From the NCBI GenBank assembly GCA_000934665.2, contig KZ538569.1, positions 1 through 61,160 of the forward strand: DNA of 61,160 nt. The letters run 5' to 3'. The stretch's first letter is position 1; every line of letters starts with the position of its first letter. Shown here one piece after another: positions 1 to 13,400 of this stretch. Under the pieces are notes generated by a model that saw nothing but the letters and a program-made list of their open reading frames with translations, ran no database searches and was not told where the DNA came from. A program made the translations under genes and the position numbers. This DNA is from Catajapyx aquilonaris. Lineage: Eukaryota.

Positions 1-149
1 CCCCCCCCAATCGAAGGTCTGGATCTGGAAGACGGACAGGTCTTTGGGATAGGAGACAGATTAAGTCTTTCCTGTCTTCTATAGCCAGATAGCTATAGTT
101 GCTTTGGATTCTTCCTAATAAACCTAAATCTAAACAACATGGTGGCAGC

Positions 150-408
150 ATGTAGCCCCTTACGCACAGCAATCAAAAGGTCATAAGTACGTGTGTCGTG
201 GTCCCATATTATTCAACGTCCATGGATTTAGACGAGTGGCAGCATCCCCGCAAATTAGAGCTGTAAAACCAGATAATCTATCCCTATCAAGTCCAATTTG
301 CAGAAGAATGTAATTTACATGAGAGTGACGCATCATGCGAAAATGCATTACCATGACGTCGCAAACGCGTAATTCGGCACGTACACATTCTAATTTGGGT
401 AGGTGCAT
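150..408 (-). pseudogene. IR relic, N-terminal domain
   Basis: Gapless CDVMVMHFRMMRHSHVNYILLQIGLDR vs intact IR CFLVLMHSKMNATHYLRHEMLRIRLWR, then YL*PFDCCA*G vs KLWSPCYFCYFG. Confidence 0.6.
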
Positions 409-1863
409 GGAAGCACAAAAGCCGGTTATCCTGACTATTCAGGGCAATCCCGCACATTTGGTGTATGGGGGGGCAGACTAGCACCCAGGATATGTTTCAT
501 ATATCAGGTGTAGTAGGTACAGGTAGGTGGCGGCTTGTAGGGTTGGAAGTGGGGCGGATAGGTGGGTGGATAGGGGGGGTTGCCTTGGGAAGGCCGCGTG
601 AGGCAGCCGCAGTCAGTCGGTGGCCGAAGGGCCCAGCGAACGGTTGTGTGTGTCTTCCCCAGCGACTGTACCTATTACGAACAACCCGGCATTTTTGACC
701 TTATGGCGCGATTGAGACCGCGCGCCCTCAAGGGTACTGGACAGCAATAGGACACTAGGCACAATGGCACAGAGGTACCGTGATGACTTTTGGCGGGAGT
801 TTGGTTGAATAACCGGTATTGTAGCGGAACATGTACCGCTGGTTGAGGCGTAGGATGGAAATTGGAGTTATGCAACGTGGGGCACGATATGGAGTGTGTA
901 ATAACGTATGTTTAAAAATTAAGGAGGACTTTGCAAGAAGCGTTTTCCGGCTCGAAGTTATGTAAAAATTAATTATCTATAAGGAAAATATAGCGTACCT
1001 GACTCCAAAAGCGAAATATGGAGTCAAATGTTTACAGTTACAACCGGTAAGATTACTCAACAATAAGCACGAATTTACATAGTATGCGGATCTTGTGTAG
1101 CTGTTTACTATCACATTAACCGGCTGGAGAATTTTCAGCTCTTATGAATTATACAGGGTGCACACAACCATTGACAATGTATACACAGGATGTAAAAATA
1201 TGTGTTCCAAGTGATTATTACACCTGCCTTTATTTACATATGCTAAATTGCTTACTATTGTTAAATTGAATAGCTCCGGAGCCCTACGATGTTAATATGG
1301 GCAAAATCATTTGTTAGTTTAGGGCGCTATTGGAAACCGCTCTTGCGACATAATCACAAAATAATCCAAACACGCCTCTGCGAATATAGTTGCATTAATA
1401 TTTATAAATTCAGGGCAAAGTTGCGGAATACTAAATTCCGGCGCTGCGGACACGCCAAATTGAATTCAATTTTTTGAACTACTTTGTAGGTCGTTGCATG
1501 CTATGCATGTCAATTTCTTTTTCGCCACTCGGTTTTGACACTATTTTGGGTGAGAAAAACTACTGAGACGACAAGAGGGGGGGGGGGGGGAAAGTCNAAA
1601 GTCCAGTTTTATTGTGGAGAAATAGTAGTCTCGCACTGTTTCATGTCCATTGTTGGTGACACATTGGCACCTTGCAGACCCCCTCGTGAGACCAATTAAA
1701 CGCAAACACTGGGAGCCCATGAATGTGAACTGACCTTGCAATATTAATAAAGAAGCAGTGTAACACTGAGCAGTTTTCTAAATTACATCCTGGTAACCTA
1801 GCTGCTGGGTTTTACTCTAAAAGTTGTTCATGCAATTTGCTTAATTAACGCACATATAGGTAT

Positions 1864-2200
1864 ATGTTAGGTGTCCGAATTGTCCTGATGAGGGTGTCCA
1901 ATAAGAGGGGTCTTGAGGAAGGCAATGTCCTCCATTTGCTTGTTTTATTGATCATTGGGTGTCATTCAAGGCACCAACCATTTCCATTTCCTGGCAGCCA
2001 AAACGTGACTCTTTTGGAGCGTGTGTCGCGCAATCGACACTCTGGGATTCGCACTCCATTTGTCAAAATCCCAAAACCAACTCAGTGGACCTCAACTGTA
2101 GGGTAATTCTGGGGGGGGGGGGGGNGGGGGATCATTTTTTGGAGGTAATTTTGGCACGTGTAATTGAGGTGTTGACAGGTCATGAGCTGGTACGAGCAAT
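1864..2200 (+). pseudogene. IR relic, S2-M4
   Basis: VLHLLV...FPGSQNVTLLERVSRNRHSGIRTPF vs KLHVAV...FPYAVTYESINRGVSIFLQSGLQDHF, then ILARVIEVL vs FTILVFELI. Confidence 0.5.
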
Positions 2201-3588
2201 AAGGTTTTGTGCACATATGCCATTGGTTTACAGTGGAAGTGCCAATCATTGCTGACGTTAATGCTTAATTATAATGTAGAGCTGGCGGTATTAATATGAA
2301 AATTTAAAATATGCCAAATACAGGAGGAATATTAATCAGTGTTGATATAAACATGTGTCATGTGTGGTTCAGTGAGAGGACAATTGGACATCCCAGCAGC
2401 ACTTGTTGAGTTTAAAATTACAAATTAATGTGTCGAATACAGCAGGATCGGATGTTATAATTAAAAACAAATGAATATATGCTGTCACTCATATTAATGT
2501 TTGTTGGGTTTTCAGCTGTGTTATTTATTAATTTTAATGATTAAACATCATGTTTATAAACCCAACTGTTAATTAAATCCACGTAATGGAAATGTCCCGC
2601 TTAAAAGTCAGCAAGTTGATAGTCTCCTTTGGTAAGGCTATTGATTTTACCAAACTATCTGTGGGATTGAATTACGAGCTTCCATTGTTAAGCTTACTGA
2701 CTCGTGAGCCTGTACTGCAGCACTTTACGTAATCGGCAGCTACGAATAATTACAAAAGTGACGTCAAACCTAACATTTCCACAGCGACTATAATTACGTG
2801 ACTATATTGCGATGTATAGGATTTTGTACATGTACACACCCAGTAGATTCAAACTGTTGGGGGGTATCATACGAGGTTACGACATGTGACTCTTAGCTGC
2901 TCTATCTCCTTTCTTTTGAGGCCACACAAAAAAAGAATCCCAAAGGCGCAATTGAATCTTTGACAAAAGGAAGAGAAGGGGACCCAAAGCGTTTTTCCAA
3001 AAAAGACGCTCGACACCAGGAAGTACGTGAGCGGAAACCCTTCTGGTGGGCCCCTTAACTACTATACTATACGCTCCATGGATTTGGGGACTTTTTTTTT
3101 TTTTTTTGTAACTCCACCCTCAATCTACCACCTCACAATCCCCCCTTCTTATTTCTTTCCGCTGAGATTCTCACGGATTATTTCACTTCCACTCCTCTTA
3201 AATCCAATTTCAAGACGAGATAGGGGCTGTGAATATGTCAATCAGGTGATAAACTGGAGTTAACTGATTTTTAAGTTTGTCGTAGGTTAGTTAGAGGCAG
3301 TAGAGTGCATGTAGCGGAAATAAATAGGGCGGGATATGAAAACAACTGTAAGTGACAGTTGCTAAAATTATGGGGAGCCTTGGGTGAAAGAATACAAAAA
3401 TATACAAGTCAAATAAGGAAAGTTTACTTGAAGGAAGTGTATAGGTGTATAGGTGTATAGGTTTTGATGATTTTGATTTCAAATTTGTAGACAATATTGT
3501 CAATGAAAATTTGTCATCAGGTATGTAAATTGCTTGTCTATGTAATGTGACAATGTGTGAAATTATATGAACAGAATGTGGGCATGTA

Positions 3589-3736
3589 CTATAGGGCTCA
3601 AATTGTTTTGGCCACTTTATCATGGTCTTGAAGCAACCCTTCAAACACACACACACACACCTCCTCACCGTGGGGCATGTGCGAAGGGTTGCTTCAAGAC
3701 CAGGATAAAGTGGCCAAAACACTTTGAGCTCCATAG
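3589..3736. mobile_element. TA-flanked MITE with ~50-bp TIRs and a (CA)n core; partial copy at 24120-24215
   Basis: Inverted arms CTATAGGGCTCAAATTGTTTTGGCCACTTTATC...GAAGCAACCCTTC with TA on both sides. Confidence 0.75.
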
Positions 3737-4239
3737 TACACGCAGTACCTTTAGTTCTTAATGTGACGCACTTATTAGTATCATACGCATGCAAACATTT
3801 ATGCTCAAAGTGCGTACAGTACATTTTCAGTGTAGAAAAAACACTGCATAATACAGGCTATGTATGGTTATAAAGAGACCATTACTGTACAGTTCGTATG
3901 GGTATTTTTTGCAATTAAATTTATAGCCTGTTTTCATAATAATTATATTGCTAGTTAATAACTGTTCCATTGCAACACGAGTTATGGCTTACTAATTATT
4001 AAGCGCTTAATTAGCAAAAAAATTTGAGCTCAGAAGGACAATATGCAAATGAAACGTATAATTATTTCATTCATTTACCGTTTCAATTATGAGCCACTTC
4101 CGCATGCAGTTATCCCTAGCGTTACTGCAATTATTAATAATATAATTGACATGACGGCCTGTAAAAAAAATTGAAAATGAAAAACCATCAAGTGGGTTAA
4201 TAAAACCGCCAGATAATGGAAAAGTACTATGGATGAAAC

Positions 4240-4390
4240 AATGGCTATAAAAGTTCTGGGATATTATGAAATCCTGGAAATTGGCCGCTGAGCTACTCAC
4301 CCAGTACAAATGTTTGCTAATGGAGTTTGAAAAATTCGGGAGGAAATGGAACTCCCATGTACAAAGTCCAGTGTATTGGCAGCATTTTCC
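4240..4390 (+). pseudogene. Possible IR relic, M3-S2
   Basis: KFWDIM ~ KYWELI; SWKLAAELLTQ ~ SSKIVQLLMD; FGRKW ~ MGYEW; QSPVY ~ QNPVH. Confidence 0.3.
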
Positions 4391-5154
4391 TCCCCACTTT
4401 ACCCCTCCTATTCCTCCACCCCCCCACATCCTATCGTTCCGTCGTCAGGTGAACAAGCCGCCCGAGAGATTTTCTACGAGTTAAGACCATTAGGAGAGAC
4501 TCATTTCCTCTTTTAGAGTAGCTGCTCGGAAGTCTGGTCGTATTCCAGAACTTCTTACTGCAAAAACCTATCGACTCAAAGGCAAAAACCTTTCTTTTTT
4601 TTTGGCTCAAAAAATCGGGCCGATTTTATGTCCGTTTCTTAAGACCAAAGGGGGGGGACTAGAGATGTCGTTTCCTGTTCCGCCAGAAGGAAGAAAGAGG
4701 TCGCACCTTGGGTGTACGGTACAGCTTGCAATGAGACAAGCCCATTCCCATCACATGTATGAAGATAACTCCCGGTTTTAGAACTGAAAATAGCGGTGCA
4801 CTGAGTTAACTGTGAGGCGACTTATAATTATGGGTAGTCCGTTTTATGAAGTAAATAGGTTCAAGGGGTCTGTACTTGGATGCTATATAGACTTTGTGAG
4901 AGCTGACCTCCTCAGGTCATCTCCCTGACCCTGCAATGTCACTCAACGCAGCCTGCTTCCCGGCCACAAACGACTCACTACAAAAGACCCCTCCCCGCAC
5001 AGGCCCTCTCCTGCCATCTATACGTAGTGATGGTACGTCACAACTTGTAGGCACCATGGCTGGAAAAGTAGCAGAAAAGTTGGACCGCCATTGATTGAAC
5101 CTTTCCTGCCAATTTTCCAGCCGGAAAGTTTCCTGGGAGTGGTGCAACCGGTGA

Positions 5155-5366
5155 ATACTGCTAGCGACATTTCCCGATGCGGCAGACGTGCTAATCGAGC
5201 CGTGCGAGTAAGAAGAGGTAGCCCTTGGGTGACGTCACTGGTTGAGGACAAGCCTTTTCGCCATTGCCCCCCAGCCGGTGACGTCATGAAGGCATACCCC
5301 TTCTTACTCGCACGGCTCACACTCTATCGCTTACATTTGTACTTCTGCCGCATCAGAAAATGTCGT
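5155..5366. mobile_element. Palindromic Tc1/mariner-type MITE family A, truncated copy
   Basis: Shares GCTAGCGACATTT..GATGCGGCAG..GAGCCGTGCGAGTAAGAA arms with the copies at 27409, 38027 and 40609. Confidence 0.75.
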
Positions 5367-6289
5367 ACGACAATTTTAAAAATATGATGAAAGTTTGAAT
5401 TTAAAATATTTTGCATTTCCGCATCTGTTTAAAAAGTTAGGTATATGGCAAAAAAGAGGCGTATTTTCCTTTCCAAAACTGGCAACTTATCAAAGTGTAT
5501 CTGTCAAAAAAAAGGTAAATATATGGAAGGAAACGTTGGCTAGATGGAATTGGGCAATTTTGAGCCTGAGAAACGACCGCATTGCGTGAACCGTCTCAAA
5601 AAAAAAAAAAGTCCGCTCGATTATCAAAAGTAGGAATCTATCATGCAAAATACGTCTCAGACCAATTTTATACGCCCAAAGTATGACCGGCACTTCAGAC
5701 GCACACACAAAAAAATATTAAAGCAGGTGATGAGAACATTGTTTCGGTTCCGTACTCACACATAGAGGCATCTCATTGTTGGATCCGCATATTATAATTT
5801 GCATTCAGACCTTAGCACGAGATGCCGTTTAGTACAGGTTGAGGCCATTGTGCGACGTGTGACCCCCGCTAACAATGCAAATTACTAATCATCGGTGAAG
5901 CACTCTGATTGGTTCCACATTTAAGATTAGGTGTGGTTGGCACGTGCCAACTTTCTACAGATCTGCAGTATTTTTAGTAATACCTTGGGATGTAATCAGT
6001 TCCGGTGTTACTTTCTTCAAAAGAACCCCCTTTTTTTGTAGACCTCCACGCGCTAGTGATCTATAAAAATATTCCACCCATATCCTTTTTTGCTAGTCTT
6101 TCAAACAATAGATATCAGTTAGGTCATTGATTTCATCGGGACTTCTTTTATGACCTTGGCCTTGGTGTATATCAGTGAATCACCGGAAGTATTTCCTTTT
6201 ATTTACACTCCTGGCCTCTGTACCGCAACTGCGAAACAAATAACACATAACAGGGTAACAGAATATTGAGGGCTTGATTTTTCACGGTC

Positions 6290-6670
6290 TGATAACCCTT
6301 TTTTTTTTGTAAGAAATGCCGTTTCCCAGAATTCTTTGTACCATTTTTGCTTCTTGCAGGCTTTTAAGGCCAGAGAGGGACATTTTCAAATGGCTTTTTA
6401 GAGGATGCAGAGGCTTTTCTATATGCTTGATTATGGAGCTTTGAGATGGTCTTTGCTGTGCTCTGCTGCTGTGAAACTGGAACGATATGAACATGATTTT
6501 CAGCAGATGCCACTAACTTTGCTGAGAGGCACCGGTTGCATCGCGTCTTCATGCGGTTCGTAGGCATTCGGGAGGAACAAAACATGGCAATTAGCGAAAT
6601 TGGACGACAGTTTCGGCAAACTCGAGAGGGTTAGGGTTCAAACCCATTTGAAATAACAACAGAGTCGATA
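6290..6670. pseudogene. Decayed coding fragment: LINE reverse transcriptase (-) or IR M1-S2 relic (+)
   Basis: The minus frame reads NCRPISL...QST...KKPFENVP, resembling RT NYRPISL/ST/KAFD.VP. Plus frames give PFPRILCTIFAS, TFSNGFL and GSNPF, resembling the IR. Cannot be resolved by eye. Confidence 0.3.
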
Positions 6671-7025
6671 CGAATAAGAAACAAAATCGCTGAAAAAGAT
6701 ACAGACGATTTTGCATTGAAACAATAGTCGCCATTTTTTTTGAGCGATATCGTACAAATTACAATGTAAAAATATTTGGTAGACACCTTAAGTACTGATT
6801 TTAATAATAATACAATTTGAAAAACTATAGAATATATTCTTCTATTATTTGTCACTATTTAAATTATGTAGTTTTTCAATAATTGTATTATTATTATTAA
6901 AATCAGCAGTTGGTGTTTACCAAATATTATATTACTTTGATTCCACCTATATTGTCCAGTAATATAAGTTACATTCAAATTAAAATATTTATTTACTTGT
7001 CTTCAGTTTTTCAGTATATGGTGTA

Positions 7026-7235
7026 CAGTCCCGAGCATAAAGTTGGAGACGCTGCGGGCCTTTTCTGACCTTCCTTTATCCAACTTAAATTTATTGACTC
7101 TTTTTGGACTGAGTTAGTTGCTTTAGACGTGTGTTAGCATATTTATAACTATATTTGATATTGCAATGACTTAGATTGGCTGAGCACCTTGCTGAAGGGG
7201 AGGGCCTGTCGTCTCCAACTTTATGCTCGGGACTG
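7026..7235. mobile_element. Tc1/mariner-type MITE
   Basis: Perfect 26-bp TIR CAGTCCCGAGCATAAAGTTGGAGACG with TA target duplication. Confidence 0.85.
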
Positions 7236-8199
7236 TATTACATAAAATACATTTAAAAAAAATCTTTAATAGGTTGCCAGATTTGTTGGCGACCTCATTC
7301 GGTGGTTACGCCACTGAGCCAAATGAGGCCTGAATTTGCATTCATTATCACAAGGCAGTTAAATTAATTTTTGTGGCCATTTACTGTCTCCCGGGAGACT
7401 ATTTAATGGCGAATCGGTACTATCAGATAGACAGATATGAACGAATAGTGTAAAACGGCTAATGAAGGTATAGCTAGCGGTATTTAACCGCTGTAGCTCA
7501 TTAGTAATAAATTACGTGCCAATTTCCAACCGCTTACCTGCAAAAACCCACCGACACGAACCAACTGCCATTTGATTGGAGTTTGGTGGTTTTGCACTAT
7601 ACTTTTTTTTTCCTCTCTTTGTTTTTTGCCCAAACATGTCCGTTCCATCTGGTCGCGTGGGTCTACGAGTGCCCTCCATCAACCCTTTTGTAGGTGCTGC
7701 TCATTTACCAGATTCAGACGAAAAGTCATGTGCCACCCACCTCGGAAGCCAGACACATTAATGACTCCCCCATCCCTCTTAAGATGTAGTTATTTAGCCA
7801 GACTTAGCCAAGAGGTGGCTGTAATTGCGGCTTGGCTTTTCTGGAACATCTGCAGCGGCAGCCATCTGCCTGCAGAACCTACGGATCTCTTTTGGGGTTA
7901 ATTCCTCCCCAACAGCTGCTCCCTTTTTGGTGGGTGGAGGAGGGGTACCAGCTGGAAGCAGCTGCTTCCGTTCCTCTCATTTTCCTTATATTCGTCTCCC
8001 CCGTCTTCTTTTTGGACCGCCTCAAATGACCAACCAGGCCTAGAGGGGCCACAAAAGGCCAAGGACATAGATCTGACTTGTTCCCCCCATCCCTCCTAGT
8101 ACCATAAGATCCGTCGCATGTCAACTGTCACCATTTGTCATTAGAGGATTAGAATTATTCGACCCGACAGAGATATANCCCCCCCCCCCCTGCTTTTGT

Positions 8200-8600
8200 T
8201 ATGTTGGTTACTGTACCGCTGAGGTGTCTTGACCTGTTGCGAAAATTCTCTCTTGTGTATAGGGACAAAAGAGGGAAAATTTTTGTACAGGTCACTTTCC
8301 CATTCATTCCCATCTAAAACCTTGAACAGAGAGAATAATATTTCTGAAGAATACATTGCACCTGTATTTGCATGTGTTTTCAAAACATTGAATGGAAAGA
8401 ATCTTGGGAAATATCAGCTCTGGTTCAGTCGGTTCTCATCATGCTATTGGCGATATCGTTGCAATATTATGACAATATCCTAGCACTATCATACATCCTC
8501 CAATGACCTGAACATCACTTTTCATTGTTGGCAATCCGCGATCCAATACACTTTACAAGTGACTCGTTACCATGTTTTATACAGCTACTGCTGCTTTTAT
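8200..8600 (-). pseudogene. IR relic, M1-S2
   Basis: AMYSSEILFSL ~ TLYSSKIVQLL; LDGNEWESDLY ~ LDMGYEWGAADDYY; VPIHK ~ NPVHL. Confidence 0.55.
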
Positions 8601-9799
8601 ATCTCCCATAAAAACAGGAATAACTACAGGTAAAGACGATCCACCTAACATATACATCAACAATAGCCCGTCAAAACTGGCAGCCATTTAACACTTCCAC
8701 CTCTACCCTTGCCACTTTACGCCTAACATTATTACATCGACCTATTGTTCAACAACCTCTGGCATAACCCATCTTTTAAAAAAAAAGTGACATATATTTA
8801 GGCAGCTCTGCTGGAAAAGGGGGCCACCCTGGCTATACAACAAAAAAACCAGAGGGTGGGTTATTGATTTGGCGAGGCGCTTTATGACTGAATGATGGAC
8901 TTGCATATGATGAGGAAACCAGAGAGAGAGAAAAAAACAGGACCATGGAAGAACTAGACAAAGGGTGCCTTCTATCCGCAGCTGCTGGGATGGATGGACT
9001 GGATGGATGAAGAAGTAGAGGAATTGAAAAATGGAGGTGGGGTCTCTCCCTCCCTCCTCAAGCTCAGGTCCATAAGAAAGGAGCGGAAGTATGTAAATCT
9101 AAGCTTTCAGGGGAGGGGATGAAGGAAGTGGGTGGAGGAAGGAGAGGGGGAGATGTTGAAGGGGGAAGTGGTCAGTGGCCTGGAAAAATTAAGTCCTCCC
9201 ACCATTCTTGTGGTTGCTCATTTTTTTTGGGGGGNTAATATTGTTCCGAGGCGTGAAAAATGACCTGTGTCCATAGGTTTTTATGGCAATGTCTATAAAA
9301 ATGACCTTAGCACATACCAGTATTCATATGAGGACATATGATGTATAGTCCTACAGCATGCGATTATGGATTAGTTGGCTGGCTAATATCCATAATGGGA
9401 CGGGTATGTTTTAAAAATCAGGCCATTTTTCAGAATATTGGGAAATAATTTATGTGACATCCTGCCCATACAGGCTATGTATAAATAGGAAAGAATTGGA
9501 TTCCTATAGTAAATAATTTGTGTGTAAGGTGAAAAGTGTGTAAGGTGAAAAGTGTGCATGTTGAACAGTATGAAGATTGCACCCTTCTTGCTGATCCACC
9601 CTGTGTGCCCCACATTCACATGTGATATCCTCGCACGAATTGGGACATCACCTTCAATTGAACTTTACGTGACTCTATTTCCTAAGAGAGCTAGTTCTCA
9701 CAAATCTGACTCAAACCAAGGGTAAAAGAAGAGCAGGTGCTACAAGTAAAAAATTAGTGGTGAGGAACGAAACATATATATATATATATATAAAAAACT

Positions 9800-9952
9800 G
9801 AATCCAAAATTAGTATCAATGTCACCTGCCGGCACCCATCCCAATCTCCTCTTTTGCCTACCCCTTGTCTTGATTATCCAACCGACTTGTTGCCATGCAT
9901 GAGTAGAGAGGAACCAAGATGACTCCCGTGCTCTAATTAAGGGTGATTCCAA
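9800..9952 (-). pseudogene. IR relic, S1/pre-M1
   Basis: FLSTHAWQQVGWIIKTRGRQKRRLGWVP vs VYTTQPYRIESMLMVTKVVDRQKYWELIVVP. Confidence 0.35.
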
Positions 9953-10399
9953 TGCTTAGGTCCGGAGAAGCACAGGAGTTAGAGCGGTTTAATTGCAGCG
10001 CTTCAAAGTTTTAGGTTCACATATAGTTTTCTTCAAACTGCCCCCTTTTTTTTTGGAGGAGAAGGAGGGCTTGTTGAATATTTTCCCAAGCACTCCGGAT
10101 GAATCACCGGATACGAGTGTTTACATGGTTTTCCCCAATTATTAGTTGGAAGAAGGTAGTCTTATAGCACTTGAATGCAAATTAAGTAGCTAATAAGAGT
10201 AATAACACATGTCGTGAGTGATTTTCGTCTTAATTTTGAGTTACCGGCCCTTGCATTTTGGACACTATTTTAAACTATAAGTGGAAACATGGCTATTTTT
10301 TAATACTAGTTTTTTTTCTTTCTTCCGGCGGGTAGTCCAATCTTTTTTCCCAAGCACTCCGGATGAATCAACCGGATACGAGTGTTTACATGGCTCCCT

Positions 10400-11450
10400 C
10401 CCTCTTATTACTTGGATGGATCCTATAGCCAGGGCTATATGTTCATTAATCGCTATTAAGTGGGATTTGTCAGATTAGCCAAGGCGAGGAGGGCCCAGTT
10501 TCATTGATGACTTCGGCTTAATCTGGGAGTAATTGCGGCGTAACTCAGGCTGGATTACGCTATCTTCTCCTGCATGTGATCATCGAAGTGGACCGACTGA
10601 TTCTGAATTGCTAAAAGCATGCCGATAAATTAGCCAATTTTTTGGCTCGCTCCAAGATTGGGAAAGGTTATGAGCTATTAGTATACAAATGTAGCATGGG
10701 AATGAGTGAGGAGGGCAACATTACTTCTTCCGGATGCTGAAACAAAAGGTATGTGAACAGGATGTGTGGAATGATTTCAAGGTAGTTGTTTTTACTGAAA
10801 TTGTCCTTCATGTAGGCATATCACATAGTTGCTTAATATTACGCAAGAATTTCTAACCTTCAGTATAGGGACATATGCGGCAGTTGGTTCAGCGGTTCCT
10901 AAAGTGGGTTTCGAGGAAGGATCATCAGGGTTCCGCGAGCAGGGTTCCGCGAGCAGGGTCCCGCGACAGGGTCCCGCGAGCAAGGTCCCACGAGCAAGGT
11001 TCCGCGAGCAAGGTCCCGCGAGCAGGGTCCCGCGAGCAGGGTTCCGCGAGCAGGGTCCCACGAGCAAGGTTCCGCGAGCAGGGTTCCGCGACTCAAAAAG
11101 TTTGGGAACCGCTGGGTTAGAGACCCGCCTGGCTCATACCTATTGGCTAATAGCTAATAAAATTTCTGCGAATATTAGCTGACATCTGGTTAATTTAAAG
11201 CAATTTGATCCGGATTTTACAGCAAAATGATGGTTGACGACCAGCATCGTGTGAATGTCAGTGACACAACATCCGCATCGTCATTCACAACTGATGACGC
11301 ATGCGTTGTGAATTTCCCGCTCTTGTCATTAACGCTTTATTAGCGCAATTAAGTATGAAACAACCCGTGATGAAGCTTGGTCGAGGGCAGCAACCTGGAC
11401 ATGTCCCAATGTCCCTTCCCGAGAGTGTACTGGACAAAGAAGCAGGGATG
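10400..11450 (-). pseudogene. IR relic, pore to M4, interrupted by a hAT-type element
   Basis: TFPNLGASQKIG*FIGMLLAIQNQSVHFDDHMQEK vs TFPYAVTYESINRGVSIFLQSGLQDHFYDVEIQK; ETGP/(frameshift)LALANLTNP vs EKGPRVLQLRNVTAP. Confidence 0.55.
10890..11114. mobile_element. hAT-type non-autonomous element with an internal ~14-bp minisatellite
   Basis: TIRs CAGCGGTTCCTAAA / TTTGGGAACCGCTG and internal (GGGTTCCGCGAGCA)n. No clean 8-bp TSD. Confidence 0.75.
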
Positions 11451-12178
11451 AGATGCGGAGGTCCATAAGCGTCCGGAGCTCCCCCTGAAAAAAAATGTAT
11501 AGATATAAAAATCCGGGTTTCTTCGTAGCACGTCACGCTTGCGGGCTCGAATCGTTCATAAATCTGCCCGCAAGCTTCTGGAAGAAACCGGGGAAAAAAA
11601 CGGAAGAAAAACGTTCGTTTTCTTTCCACCTTTACTTCCTCCAACACAAAAAAAAGTTCGCAAAATACTCGCTGTTTTTACACCTCACTTACGCCCGCTT
11701 GCTTTACAAGTGTTCCGGTGTGGAATTCAAGAGATTTACTATATACCCTGCAGGGAACAGTAGCTATTCAAGAATTAAGCCTACGCGGTAACTAATATTA
11801 TTTTGAGTTGTTTGAACAAAAATCAGGGTTCGGTCCATTATGGTAATGAAATTTATTCAAGCAGGTACTTGGACCATCTCTGTCAGAAAACAAGAGAAGC
11901 GTTTAAAATTTATCGATATCCCATATGCAGATCAGCTTATGGATATATGACGTTCAGGCACGTAGAGATCGGCCCGGTTTTTCATCACCATAGCTGAAAC
12001 CTCGATTTAATTACTAGCCCAACCATATTGGAGTCTAGCAAAAATATTACAATTTGTGACCTCACTAGATGGCAGTGTAGACGTAGGCAGAGGGCGCGTT
12101 TGTAGAGAGTCGTGAAACGGCTGGTTTGCTCAATTTCTTTCATTGTGTACGTTTGACTAACGTAATCAGAAACATGAA

Positions 12179-12400
12179 TCAAGTAGCAGAAAGTAATTTC
12201 TGGAGTGCTTCAGTGTGAAACATCAAGGGGCTTGCAAAATGAGTGTAATCAGTAACCCGAGGTACCGTAATCATAAGTGCTTCTCTTTTCCTATTATCCG
12301 GAGCCGTCGTTTTCAAACACATGCGCACAATAAGCTTCGAGTGAAGCCATGCATAAAGGTTTGTAACGCTTGTCTTCCTCACTTGGGTTGATCCTATATC
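12179..12400 (-). pseudogene. IR relic, S1/pre-M1
   Basis: TTAPDNRKREALMITVPRVTDYTHFASPL vs TTQPYRIESMLMVTKVVDRQKYWELIVVPF. Confidence 0.4.
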
Positions 12401-13400
12401 AAGTTGAAGAGAAAGCATCGATATACCCTCCCTCCTTTCTCGCCATTTTCGAAACAATAACCCACCTCCTCAAAGCGGAAATCATTGTTACTAAACAGAA
12501 GTCTATCGGAGTGTGCCGAAGAGAAAACGGACCCGTGTCGAGCCCTCAGGAGCTGATGACTTTATTGTTTGTCTGCAGGGCGAAACCTTCCCCCCTCCCC
12601 ACTATTGGATCAAGGATTCCTTAACGAAGACAGACTCTCCCCTCCTTCCCCCACACCATTTGCATGAAAGGCGCGCGTTTTCCTATCCCCTCCTTCCCCC
12701 ATCCAAAAAGACTTGTCGGGGAGAAAACAGGATGTTATTGAAGTGCTTTTAACGCTTCACTCAAGGAAGAACTGGCGATAATCTTATCCGAGCGACTGTA
12801 TAAATGGGGAGAATTGCGACACAAAGGATGTCACACTTTCCGGAACATTTTTTTGTGTGGCGGTTACCATCAGTTATCTGTGTCCAAAGGTCGTTCACCA
12901 AATTTTTTGATTTTACTTTCACTACAATTTACACGTTTATTGTGGTTTTTAAATTTATAGTTTTCAATGATAACATATTTAAAATATTATGTTCCCTCCC
13001 CAAAAATCCCTATATCCTTACCTCATGTCCTTTCATCCTTGCACCGGAGTTAGAAGAAAAATCAGAAAATTGAAGGGAAAATGGTGGTATTCCACCCCCC
13101 CTATAGGGGCCTATGGCCCTAGCACGGGGTAACGTAAAAAATTAATAAATAAATATTTAAAATATTAATCCCATCCTCGTTTCCAGTTTGTTGTAACCCC
13201 AGCCCAAATGACAATGTGTGTTCTGTTCAATTTTAAATAATTATCTGGTGTTGACCTTTTAATTTCCAATTTAAATTTTTCGTAAATTTGTTAAAATTTA
13301 TGAAATGTTTTTAATTTTAAAATTAATGCGAATTCCCCAACAAGTCACGGTCAGACCCCGGACACTACCGCTACAATCTTATCTTATCGCCTGTCGGGGA

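Noticed and set aside
181..408. LINE endonuclease fragment (LICGD motif)
   Set aside because: A gapless 27-aa alignment to the intact IR N-terminal domain is the stronger explanation.
10792..11182. Overlapping repetitive ORFs
   Set aside because: They are translations of the minisatellite inside a hAT element.
13016..13085. Minus-strand microexon with a strong GAG|GTAAGG donor
   Set aside because: The acceptor would be AAG and two of three phases contain a stop, so support is insufficient.
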